This document shows, one piece after another, positions 31,479 through 40,181 of a stretch of 64,000 nucleotides of DNA (position 1 is the stretch's first letter; each line of letters begins with the position of its first letter). Source of the stretch: Candidatus Binatia bacterium. GTDB taxonomy: Bacteria; Desulfobacterota; Binatia; HRBIN30. The position numbers and the translations under genes are program-made. Below the pieces are notes generated by a model. It did not search any database. It was not told the DNA's origin and saw nothing but the letters and a program-made list of their open reading frames with translations. The DNA lies in NCBI GenBank assembly GCA_038245295.1, contig JBBRSP010000007.1, forward strand, positions 96,001-160,000. The letters run 5' to 3'.

Positions 31479-32448
31479 GAGGCGAAGGCGTGCGATTCTG
31501 CTCGCGCCACCAGAGCAGAACCCCAATCGATGACCAGGTCAGCTCGCGCAGGTGACGCAGGATGCCCACCGCCAACCCTTTGGCCGGATCGAGCCCAAGG
31601 GCCGTGAAGATCAAGACCTTGCCGCCTTCCTGTGTGCCGACTTTGGCCGGCACAAAGAACATCGCGCCGTCGATCGTCGACGACAGCACCTCGATGGTCA
31701 GAGCTGTCTTGATCGTCGCATCGATACCGAGGAACCACAGCAGCAAATAGATCTCGACGACCCCCATCATCCAACCGGCGATGTAGCAGCTGATCGCAAG
31801 GGCCAAAGAGCCTGGAGAATCGACGTGAAAGCTGCGGATTTCGGCGTCGAGATTTTCGATGGTTTCGCGGAAAGCCGCACTGAACTTGAGGCCGACGATC
31901 TCGCCAAGGCGCGACAGCACACGGAACAGTCCGCGGCGCTGCGCCACCATGAACAGAGCGGCAAAGGTGGCAATAATGCTGAGAGCAATGAACAAGCCGC
32001 GCTTGATGGAGTCGGGCAACGGCGTGCTGGGTAGAACCCACAACAAGCCCGAGATGATGAAGATCACCTGCCCCGTCGTTTGTGCCAGCTTGGCGACAGT
32101 CATCGCGGCGATGATCTTGTTGTCCGGCGCCGCGCCTTGCAGGAAACGCAGGCGCACGAACTCGCCGCCGATCTGTGCCGTCGGAGTCAGGTAGTTGACC
32201 GAGTCGCCCGCCATGCGCGCCGCCAGCATACGTCGGAATGGAATCACCGGCCGCGGCGGAGCGAACGATGCCCGCCAACCGAGGGTATTGAACGTGTAGG
32301 CGAAGATCTCCTGGCCGATGCTCGGGATGATACCCCAACCGACCAAACGCAAGTCGTCGACGACGTTGCTCGCACCAAGCTTGTAGATGAGAAAAACGAG
32401 CAAGCCGGCACCACAAGCGAACAGGGCTCGCTCGAGGAACCGACTCAT
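31447..32448 (-). CDS. lysylphosphatidylglycerol synthase TM-domain / flippase-like protein (HpnL-like)
   Basis: About 8 TM segments; RMAGDSVNYLTPTAQIGGE and FFVPAKVGTQEGG; ATGA overlap with the upstream gene. Confidence 0.8.
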   Translation of the reverse strand: MSRFLERALFACGAGLLVFLIYKLGASNVVDDLRLVGWGIIPSIGQEIFAYTFNTLGWRASFAPPRPVIPFRRMLAARMAGDSVNYLTPTAQIGGEFVRLRFLQGAAPDNKIIAAMTVAKLAQTTGQVIFIISGLLWVLPSTPLPDSIKRGLFIALSIIATFAALFMVAQRRGLFRVLSRLGEIVGLKFSAAFRETIENLDAEIRSFHVDSPGSLALAISCYIAGWMMGVVEIYLLLWFLGIDATIKTALTIEVLSSTIDGAMFFVPAKVGTQEGGKVLIFTALGLDPAKGLAVGILRHLRELTWSSIGVLLWWREQNRTPSPLTVQRQRDER

Positions 32449-33626
32449 TCGGCGTCTCGCCAGAGGTAGACCAGCACCAGGAGCAAGGCGAAGCCGTAGG
32501 TGCCGAATGCCGCGCCCCAGAAGAACCAGTGCAATTTCCCGAACAGCGCCAATCCGAGCAGGATGTAGGCGAAGTCGCGATTCATCATCGCTTCCATGCC
32601 GCCGAGAATTCTCTGCCGCACTCTGCCCTTGCGAGTCTTGGGCGGCCCGCCACTGCTGGCAAAGTCGGGGCGATGCACCAGGAAGAAGTATGTCGCCACA
32701 CTCGTGCAGGCGAATCCACCGAGCAAGATAAGAATCAACGTCTTGTACGGTCCGTTCGGATCCTGCCGGTACAGACCGGCTGCCAGGCCGAGGAAGATCG
32801 TCACGTGCACGATGTTGTCGGTGGTCACATCGAACTTCTGCCCGAAGGACGACTCGCGATACGTCAGGCGTGCCACTTCGCCATCGCAGCCGTCGATGAT
32901 CGTTGTAGCCAGGAACAACAGAGTACCAACGACACCGGACCAGTAGGCGCCGACACCAAGGAACGCCGAGGCGATCAACCCGAGAGATGTGCCGATGATG
33001 GTGATGTGATTCGGTCGCAGCCGCGTATGACGCACGATACGCCGACTGATCGCCAGCGACACCCGTCGATCAAGCCAATGCGCCAGCGGGCCATCACTGA
33101 CAGCACTGTCGCGGCGCATCTTCTCGCACAAGGCCTGCTCGGCCAGCGCCACCGACGCGGTGTCGGTGACCGGGAGATTCACTTCCGACTCCACGGTCAC
33201 GGGCTCGCTGTCCCTCTGATGCAGACGCGCCCACAACCCGCCTAGCGGCTCCGGCGAGCTGTCGGCGGATGGCGCGACAAGCTCCGGCGCATAAACACCG
33301 ACGCTCTGATTGAACACGGCGGGTTTGCCGTTCAGCGCAAAGGTGCGCGCCTGGCGCAGCGTGCCGGTCGTTACCAACCGATCCGGCGGCACGACCGTCA
33401 CCTGGGCGCCATACAGAGGTGGCAGGCTGCGACAGACCTCAATCGAGTGGGTGCGCTCATCACCGCGAAGCAAGGCCCGTACGTCCTCGAAGTTTTCGCC
33501 GGCGGCGACGACGATGCGATCGTAGTCGGCACGAATTGCCGAGAGAACGGCGCGTTGGACCAAGGTGAGTCCCCCGACTCGCAGGAGACTGGTCGATTGA
33601 TCGGCGAGGACAAGCGCGGTGGTCAT
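32445..33626 (-). CDS. CDP-alcohol phosphotransferase with degenerate N-terminal NTP-transferase-like domain
   Basis: C-terminal PNHIT and DGCDGEVAR...GQKFDVTTD. N-terminal ALVLA...VGGLTLVQR resembles a nucleotidyltransferase fold but lacks AAGxGxR/PK. Confidence 0.85.
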   Translation of the reverse strand: MTTALVLADQSTSLLRVGGLTLVQRAVLSAIRADYDRIVVAAGENFEDVRALLRGDERTHSIEVCRSLPPLYGAQVTVVPPDRLVTTGTLRQARTFALNGKPAVFNQSVGVYAPELVAPSADSSPEPLGGLWARLHQRDSEPVTVESEVNLPVTDTASVALAEQALCEKMRRDSAVSDGPLAHWLDRRVSLAISRRIVRHTRLRPNHITIIGTSLGLIASAFLGVGAYWSGVVGTLLFLATTIIDGCDGEVARLTYRESSFGQKFDVTTDNIVHVTIFLGLAAGLYRQDPNGPYKTLILILLGGFACTSVATYFFLVHRPDFASSGGPPKTRKGRVRQRILGGMEAMMNRDFAYILLGLALFGKLHWFFWGAAFGTYGFALLLVLVYLWRDAE

Positions 33627-34651
33627 GCAGCCGCCTCCTCGCGCAGGTCCAACGCCAACGAACCGCGGCGCGCCGACGCGTAGGCTTGCGTCAAGAGGCG
33701 CAGGCACATCTCGGCCTCGGCCAGACTGCGGCCGCGGACAGCGGGCGTTTCGATTTCGATCCGGAAGTCATCGACCACGGCACTGAACCAGTCGGGATGA
33801 TGCGAGCTGGCAGTCAGTCCGCTCGCCAACTGTTGTCGCACGACGCCATCGGGCGACTCGATGGTCAGCCGGTCATCCTCGACTTCGATTTGTCCCCGAG
33901 TCCCGATCACTTGCCAACGCGTGCGGCGCCCCGATGCGGCCCAGGTCAGCATGATCTCGCCGCGTACCGTCGGGAACTCGATCGTGCAGTCCACCGTGTC
34001 CTCGACCGCCGCATCGACGAAGCGACGATTCTCGAGTCGCGCGCCGATGCGTTGCGGCTCTTCGGCCGCCAGCCCCATCATCAGGTAGAACGCATGCCAA
34101 CCGTGATCGACGAGGATGCCGCCACCGGCCACTGCCGCATCGATACGCCAGTTCTCGCCGGTCGAGGCCGAGCAGCCGTCACGCCAGGTGTCGAAGCGCA
34201 CCTTTTCGACCTTGCCGATTCGGCCGGCGTCAATCGCCGACTGAATGCTGCGATAGGCCTCGGAACTCTTCCAGTTATGCACGCTGACTAGGGCCACACG
34301 GGCAGCGGTTGCCGCCTGCCGCATGCTCGCAAAGTCGGTCAGTGATGTTGTCAGCGGCTTCTCGCAAAGAATGTGGCAGCCTTTGGCCGCGGCGGCGATG
34401 ACCGCATCGGTATGCCAGGCCGGAGGTGAGGCAACGTCGACGAAATCAAGGCTCTCTCTCGCCAGCAGCTCTTCATGGCTGCCGTAAAGCGCCACACCGG
34501 GGCACAATTGCTCGGCGAGGGCTCGCCGCCGCGGATCGGGATCGGCGACGGCGACGATTTCGAAATCGGAGCGCAGCCGCCATCCCGGCACGTGGCCGTT
34601 GGCGGCGACGTTGCCGAAGCCGATGATTGCGCCTCGCCGGACGCGTCTCAT
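33623..34651 (-). CDS. Gfo/Idh/MocA family NAD(P)-dependent dehydrogenase
   Basis: IIGFGNVA, CEKP and GGGILVDHGWH. Confidence 0.9.
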   Translation of the reverse strand: MRRVRRGAIIGFGNVAANGHVPGWRLRSDFEIVAVADPDPRRRALAEQLCPGVALYGSHEELLARESLDFVDVASPPAWHTDAVIAAAAKGCHILCEKPLTTSLTDFASMRQAATAARVALVSVHNWKSSEAYRSIQSAIDAGRIGKVEKVRFDTWRDGCSASTGENWRIDAAVAGGGILVDHGWHAFYLMMGLAAEEPQRIGARLENRRFVDAAVEDTVDCTIEFPTVRGEIMLTWAASGRRTRWQVIGTRGQIEVEDDRLTIESPDGVVRQQLASGLTASSHHPDWFSAVVDDFRIEIETPAVRGRSLAEAEMCLRLLTQAYASARRGSLALDLREEAAA

Positions 34652-36003
34652 TGCCGCCAAGCGTTGTCGCGCGCGATCTCGCCGAACACTTCGTCGAGGA
34701 TGGCCACACCGTCGCGCGCTTCGCTTTCGGTGATGATGAGCGGTGGATTGATACGCATGCGCGAGAAGTAACCCATAACGAGAAGGCCGCGGCGCAGCGA
34801 TTCCAGAAAGATCCGTTCGGTGATCTTGGGATCGAGTGGCTCCTTGGTGGCGCGATTCTTGACGAGATCCAAGCCCAGCAATAGGCCGGCGCCACGCACG
34901 TCACCGATGAACTCGTATTTCTCTTGCAGCTTCTTGAGCTCGCGCAGCATGAACGCTCCGACGCGGGCCGAATTCTCGACCAGATCGTCGTCCAGAATCG
35001 TCTCGATCACCGTCAGCGCCGCCGCCGAGGCGAGCGGGTTGCCACCGTAACTCGAGGAGGATGAGCTCGGCTTGGCGAACGGGAACGAGCTGGTGATTTC
35101 GTCGGTGGAAATCAGGCCGGTGATGGGGAAACCGTTGCCGAAGCCTTTGCCGACAGTCATGACGTCGGGCACCGTCTCGGTATGGTCGCAGCCAAACATC
35201 TTGCCGGTACGTCCGAAGCCGGTGATCATCTCATCGGCGATCAACAGCGCTCCGTGGTCCTTGGCAATCGACTGCACGGCCGGCAGAAATTCCTTCGGCG
35301 GCACGACGTTGCCGGCGGTACCTTGGATCGGCTCGATGATGATGGCGGCAATCATCCCGGCGGTGGTGACTCGCAGCTGTTGGCGCATGAAGTCGACACA
35401 CGCCATGCCGCAGCTCGGATACTCCAGCTTGAACGGGCAGCGATAACAATCGGCATAGGGCACGAGATGGGTGCCCGGCATGAGCGGACCCCACTTCTGC
35501 TTCCACTCGTCGCCGATCAACCCCATCACGCCGCTGGTCTTGCCGTGGAAGCCACCCCAGAAGCCGACCACTTCGAATTTCTTCGTGTACGACTTCGCCA
35601 AGCGGATCGCCGCTTCGACGGCCTCGGCGCCGCCGCTGTAAAGCTGCGTGCGCTTGAGGGCACCCGGGGCAAGCTCGGCCATGTGTTTGAGAAGTTGCAG
35701 ACGCGGCTCGCTGGTAAAGCTGCCAACCGCAAGCTTCTCGACTTGCGAGGTCAAGGCTTTGACGAATCGCGGGTGCGAATGGCCAAGGCTGGCGACGGCG
35801 ACGCCGGCGAAGAAGTCGAGATACTCCTTGCCATCGACGTCGGTGAGACGGCAGCCGTGCCCCTCTTTCATCGCCAACTGCGACAACTGCGCGATGCGTT
35901 GGATGCCTGGCGCGATGTAGGCGCTTTCTTCGGAAACCATGGCCAACGACCTCGCACCTGCCACGGCAGCAGGGCGTGATGCTTCCTTGCTTGTTTCTTT
36001 CAC
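34648..36003 (-). CDS. class III PLP-dependent aminotransferase
   Basis: YLDFFAG, GAEAVEAA, GFHGKT, EPIQG and ADEMITGFGRTG; PLP lysine in TVGKG. Confidence 0.92.
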   Translation of the reverse strand: MKETSKEASRPAAVAGARSLAMVSEESAYIAPGIQRIAQLSQLAMKEGHGCRLTDVDGKEYLDFFAGVAVASLGHSHPRFVKALTSQVEKLAVGSFTSEPRLQLLKHMAELAPGALKRTQLYSGGAEAVEAAIRLAKSYTKKFEVVGFWGGFHGKTSGVMGLIGDEWKQKWGPLMPGTHLVPYADCYRCPFKLEYPSCGMACVDFMRQQLRVTTAGMIAAIIIEPIQGTAGNVVPPKEFLPAVQSIAKDHGALLIADEMITGFGRTGKMFGCDHTETVPDVMTVGKGFGNGFPITGLISTDEITSSFPFAKPSSSSSSYGGNPLASAAALTVIETILDDDLVENSARVGAFMLRELKKLQEKYEFIGDVRGAGLLLGLDLVKNRATKEPLDPKITERIFLESLRRGLLVMGYFSRMRINPPLIITESEARDGVAILDEVFGEIARDNAWRQ

Positions 36004-36818
36004 GATGGTTCCAGCTCTTGGTGTGCGTCTTTGATGTATTCGGCAATCGCCCGCGCCGCATCGGCGCGGCAGCGCGAGTAACTCGGCCAGTCATTCAGAT
36101 CGATCAGCGTCACTTCCCCGTTTGTCCCTACGACGGCATCGCCGCCGTAGATTTCAACATTCAACCGCATCGCGGCGCGTTGCCCGATAGCATCGATCTG
36201 ACGCAAGGTTTCGGGGCTCAGCGTCATGCCGTCGGACGGCAGGGCGTGAAAGTAGCGGCCGCGCACGGCGTAGAACTTCACCACAACACCGGGCACGTGC
36301 TTCTGAATCACTGCCAACGGCACACCGCGATCGGAGAACCGGCGCAGAGCGGCACGAGCTTCTTCGCTGCTGCTCATTTTGGTCACGTCGTCGGCTTGCG
36401 TCGCATGCACATCGCCGCGTTTGACCCAGGCGCCCTCGCGCACCCACTCGGGAACATCGTGCCCATTCCCGGTGGTGACTATGACGCTCTCGGGGAAGGC
36501 GACCCCGCTTCGTGTCAGCAGCGGCACCGTACGGTGACGCTGGCAATTGAGAATGCCCTCGGGTGAGTTGAGAACGCGCACACCGGCGGCTTGCCATTCC
36601 TGCAGCTGCGCCAGCGATTTGTCTCCCTGGGCCATGGTAAAAACGATGGCCCCGGGCCGCGGCGTCGGGAACCAGGTGCACTCGCCGGCGTGCAATTCCA
36701 CATCGTGCCCGGCATCACGCAGGTGTGCCGCCGTCTCCAACAGGATGAGCGTATCGTCCTCGACCTTGCCCGGCGAGAACACCGGTTCGCGTGTCACTCC
36801 CAAAAATCGCTTCATCAT
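36000..36818 (-). CDS. ATP-grasp fold protein
   Basis: WVKRGD, VIQKHVPG..VKFY, YGGDAVV and LIDLNDWP (DxN instead of ExN). Confidence 0.75.
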   Translation of the reverse strand: MMKRFLGVTREPVFSPGKVEDDTLILLETAAHLRDAGHDVELHAGECTWFPTPRPGAIVFTMAQGDKSLAQLQEWQAAGVRVLNSPEGILNCQRHRTVPLLTRSGVAFPESVIVTTGNGHDVPEWVREGAWVKRGDVHATQADDVTKMSSSEEARAALRRFSDRGVPLAVIQKHVPGVVVKFYAVRGRYFHALPSDGMTLSPETLRQIDAIGQRAAMRLNVEIYGGDAVVGTNGEVTLIDLNDWPSYSRCRADAARAIAEYIKDAHQELEPS

Positions 36819-37531
36819 TGATACCCGCCGCGGATGAACGCTTCAGCCGTCGCTATGTCCTCGGGCCGATCCACGTCCACCGTCTTTCCCACAGATGCCG
36901 CCGCGACACGATAGCCGCGTGCCAAGAGATGTGCCAGGAACTGCCGCAATGCCGTAAAGCCAGCGGTGCGCGCTGCTTCCACCTCGTCGTAGATGCGGTT
37001 TGCGTACACATAGAAGCCGGCCGTCACCAAGCCACTGCCGCGGGCGGCGTCGCCCAGGGCCGTGACGCGGCCGTCGTCGCTGCACTGCACCCAGAGAGGT
37101 TTCTCGTCGTCGATATAATCTGTCACTGCCAACACGACATCGGCATCGATGCAGCGCGTCGCCGCATCGATGAACCCACGCAGGACTCGCGGCGGCAGGA
37201 TGGCGTCGACTGTAAGCAGAATGAAGCGATCCGCCTGACCATCGAGGCCGAGCAAGGGTCGCAGGGTAAACAAGCTTTCCATGGAGCTCGGTGTCGTGCG
37301 CCGCACGAAGTTGAAGTCGAGACTCGGCCAGGCCGTCCGGCAATGATCCTCAATGCCACGAGACTGTTCATTGACGATACACGCAACATTCGTCAGGCCA
37401 CTGGCTTCGATCGCCGCCAACACGTGATCGATGAGCGGCCGGCCGGCAACTGGAACCAACGGCTTCGGCTGTAGATATCCGCCGGCCTGCAGGCGCTCGC
37501 CGTGCCCTGCCGCGATGATTCCGACATTCAT
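36815..37531 (-). CDS. NTP transferase (cytidylyltransferase-like)
   Basis: IIAAGHGERL...PKPL, TTPSSM, LTVD, DYIDDEKPL and DVDRPED. Confidence 0.9.
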   Translation of the reverse strand: MNVGIIAAGHGERLQAGGYLQPKPLVPVAGRPLIDHVLAAIEASGLTNVACIVNEQSRGIEDHCRTAWPSLDFNFVRRTTPSSMESLFTLRPLLGLDGQADRFILLTVDAILPPRVLRGFIDAATRCIDADVVLAVTDYIDDEKPLWVQCSDDGRVTALGDAARGSGLVTAGFYVYANRIYDEVEAARTAGFTALRQFLAHLLARGYRVAAASVGKTVDVDRPEDIATAEAFIRGGYQ

Positions 37532-37592
37532 GGGTGGGCGCTCTGTAAGCAGTGCCTCGTGGCAGCGGCAAGAGCGTGGGACAAGGCCGCCG

Positions 37593-38105
37593 CTACGGGT
37601 TTTCGAGATCGGCGAAGCGTTCCTCGAAGACTTGTCGCAGCTGGGCTGGCACCGCGTACTTGCTGGCGCGCAGGATGAAGTTTCCGTAGGTTTTCGCTCC
37701 GTTGCGAAAGGTCCAATCGGAAATGTCGTCGGCGGCCGTCTGCCATTCCTGCCCGGCGCGCAGGTGGCGCGCCGCCGCCGGCGGCTGACTGATACGACCC
37801 TGCACATGATCTCCGTCAACCTTGACCTGGTCGAGCCACACATGAGCCGTGTCGCTACCGATCGGTACGGGGACCTTCACCGCAAAGCCGTGATCCCCGG
37901 CCTGAGGCGCATTTAGCCGGAGCACGAAACCGGCAAAGTTGAGGCGCGCTAACTGCATGGCCTGCGCAAACATCACCGGGTCCTGAAATGGATCGTAGGT
38001 GTCCTCGCTGCGACCAACCAAGCGACGCAGGCGCCGATAGAACAGTGCTGCCGCCACGACGAGCAACGCGACGAATGCCAGGGCGATCGGTGTCATGAGC
38101 TCCAT
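37593..38105 (-). CDS. DUF2314/YegJ-like protein with N-terminal membrane anchor
   Basis: N-terminal TM segment; F.VK, HVWL and ISDW...YGNF. Confidence 0.65.
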   Translation of the reverse strand: MELMTPIALAFVALLVVAAALFYRRLRRLVGRSEDTYDPFQDPVMFAQAMQLARLNFAGFVLRLNAPQAGDHGFAVKVPVPIGSDTAHVWLDQVKVDGDHVQGRISQPPAAARHLRAGQEWQTAADDISDWTFRNGAKTYGNFILRASKYAVPAQLRQVFEERFADLENP

Positions 38106-38263
38106 GTTGACCCACCGGCGACGATGGCGACTGCCGCAACAGCCAGCCCGAACGGAACAGTCATCACGCCTCCCTTCGCGTTCTCAGGGAAGCGTTCCTG
38201 CCACAACTCCGGGCCGCCTGCCACTGGAACTGGGGGGAAGTCTCCGATGCCGCGAATCGCCGG

Positions 38264-39961
38264 CTAACGTCGCGCCAGCAGGGCATAACGCAGCCCGAGA
38301 GTCGCCCCGAGGGCGTAAAACCAGAACGATAGGACCGGCAGTCCAAGAATAGTATAGGTTCCATAGTTGAGCGCCAGCGTGCCGCAGATGGCGCATGTCC
38401 CGGCCAGTGCGCCCAGCATCGTGCGATGCTGCGTGCGCTGATAACTCTGGCGCAACAGATCCAACTGGGCACTCTCGACGTTGACCACGGTGCGGCCGGC
38501 GCGCAGGTCTTCGAGAATGCCGCGCGCCGTGTCCGGCATAGTGCCCAACGCATCGGCCAGTTCGCGAACCGCGGCATAACCAGACTCCAACAGCCGTCGC
38601 GGCTGGTAACGTTCCGCCACCAAGCGCAGCATGAAAGGCTGCGCCGCGGCGAGCAGGTCGAGATTGGGACGCAGCTGCTTGCCAACGCCCTCCATTGTGA
38701 TCACCGCCTTGAAGGTCATCGTGTAATCCGGCGGCAAGCGCAGACGATGGCGCAACGACAACGTGATCAGGTCCTTGAGAACAACGCTGAACTCGACCTC
38801 AGCCATCGTCTTGCCGGCAAACCAGCGCTGCGCATGTTCGATGATGTCGCGTTCGAAGACGTCGTAGTCGGCGGTCGACTCCTTGCTGTGAATGGCCATC
38901 ACCCAGAACCGACGCGCCACCGCCTCCCAGTCGTGCCGCACGACGGCAACCAGAAGGTCGGTGAGCAGATCGCGCTGGCGCGGGCTCAAGCGGCCGACGA
39001 GACCGACATCGATGAAACACACCGTGCCGTCGTCGCGGATCAACACGTTTCCAGGATGGACGTCGCCGTGAAAGAACCCGTCGCCGTAGATCATCTGCAA
39101 CACGGCTTCCAAGGCGGTGTGCAGCACAGCATCGACATCGATTCGCGCCTCGTCGATGTTGGTGATCTTGGCACCGACGATGCGCTCCATGGTGAGGACA
39201 CGGGCGCTCGACAGGCCGCGCCGCGGTTCCGGGAAGCGCACACGGGGATTGTCGGCGAAGTTCAGCCGGAAGCGCTCGAGGTTCTCCAACTCGTTGTGAA
39301 AGTCGATCTCCTTGAGGATCGCCTTTTCGAACTCGGCCACCATGCCGGCGGGCGAAAACATGCGCGTCTCAGGGAAATTGGTTTCGAGTACTCGCGCCAC
39401 CAGCGCCATAATCTCAAGATCAGCGGCGATCTGGGGCTCGAGGTTGGGGCGCTGGATCTTCACCACGACATCGGCGCCGTCCTCGTGGAGCCGCGCCGTA
39501 TGTACCTGGGCGATCGACGCCGTCGCCAGGGGTTCACGGTTGAAGTCGCGGAACAGCGTATCGACGTCGGCGCCCAGCTCGCTTTGCACCATGGCGGCGA
39601 CTTCTTCGAAGGGCAGCGACGGCACGTCATTTTGCAATGTCTGAAGCTCTTGAATCAGCGAGGGCGGGAACAGATCAGGCCGGGTCGACACCATCTGTCC
39701 AAGCTTGATGAAGGTAGGGCCGAGGTCTTGCAGGGTGTGGACGATACGGCGTTCGAGAGGAACCGATTCGACCTCGCGGCTGACCCGCCAGTCGCGTAGC
39801 GTCGTGGCAACCCAATTGTCCTGCACCTCGAGGGCCTGCACGACGGCCCCAAAGCCGTGGCGCACCAAGACAGCAACGATCTGCCGCAGACGACCGACAT
39901 CGCGCAGCACGGCTTGGCCGGTGCGCACATTGTCATAGGCGCGGCGCAGAGAAGTCGGCAT
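38264..39961 (-). CDS. AarF/ABC1/UbiB family atypical kinase
   Basis: LGPTFIKLGQ, ATASIAQVH, VVKIQRP, FHGDVHPGN and DVGLVG; two C-terminal TM segments. Confidence 0.92.
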   Translation of the reverse strand: MPTSLRRAYDNVRTGQAVLRDVGRLRQIVAVLVRHGFGAVVQALEVQDNWVATTLRDWRVSREVESVPLERRIVHTLQDLGPTFIKLGQMVSTRPDLFPPSLIQELQTLQNDVPSLPFEEVAAMVQSELGADVDTLFRDFNREPLATASIAQVHTARLHEDGADVVVKIQRPNLEPQIAADLEIMALVARVLETNFPETRMFSPAGMVAEFEKAILKEIDFHNELENLERFRLNFADNPRVRFPEPRRGLSSARVLTMERIVGAKITNIDEARIDVDAVLHTALEAVLQMIYGDGFFHGDVHPGNVLIRDDGTVCFIDVGLVGRLSPRQRDLLTDLLVAVVRHDWEAVARRFWVMAIHSKESTADYDVFERDIIEHAQRWFAGKTMAEVEFSVVLKDLITLSLRHRLRLPPDYTMTFKAVITMEGVGKQLRPNLDLLAAAQPFMLRLVAERYQPRRLLESGYAAVRELADALGTMPDTARGILEDLRAGRTVVNVESAQLDLLRQSYQRTQHRTMLGALAGTCAICGTLALNYGTYTILGLPVLSFWFYALGATLGLRYALLARR

Positions 39962-40181
39962 GCAGAGGACAAGCTAGCGCACAACGCTGGGCGAAGACAA
40001 AGCCGCACCGCGGGCGCGCGCGTTCCACGCCCGTGATTCATCCTAACCGCAGAGTTTACCGAACCGGCATCGCTCTTAACCGGCCCTCCTCCTAGGATAC
40101 GTTTCCATCGAGGCTGCTCGAAAACGACACCGCCGTACTGCGGCACAACCGACCTTCCGGGTCGTAAGGAGACACAGGACC

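Noticed and set aside
34648..36003. Naming the aminotransferase hpnO, gabT or argD
   Set aside because: Class III motifs do not establish the substrate; the context allows several readings, so no symbol was given.
38106..38263. Cobalamin riboswitch-like words (gccactg...gggaag, ccgcaac)
   Set aside because: Other core elements are missing, the orientation is opposite to the flanking genes, and no B12-related gene follows.
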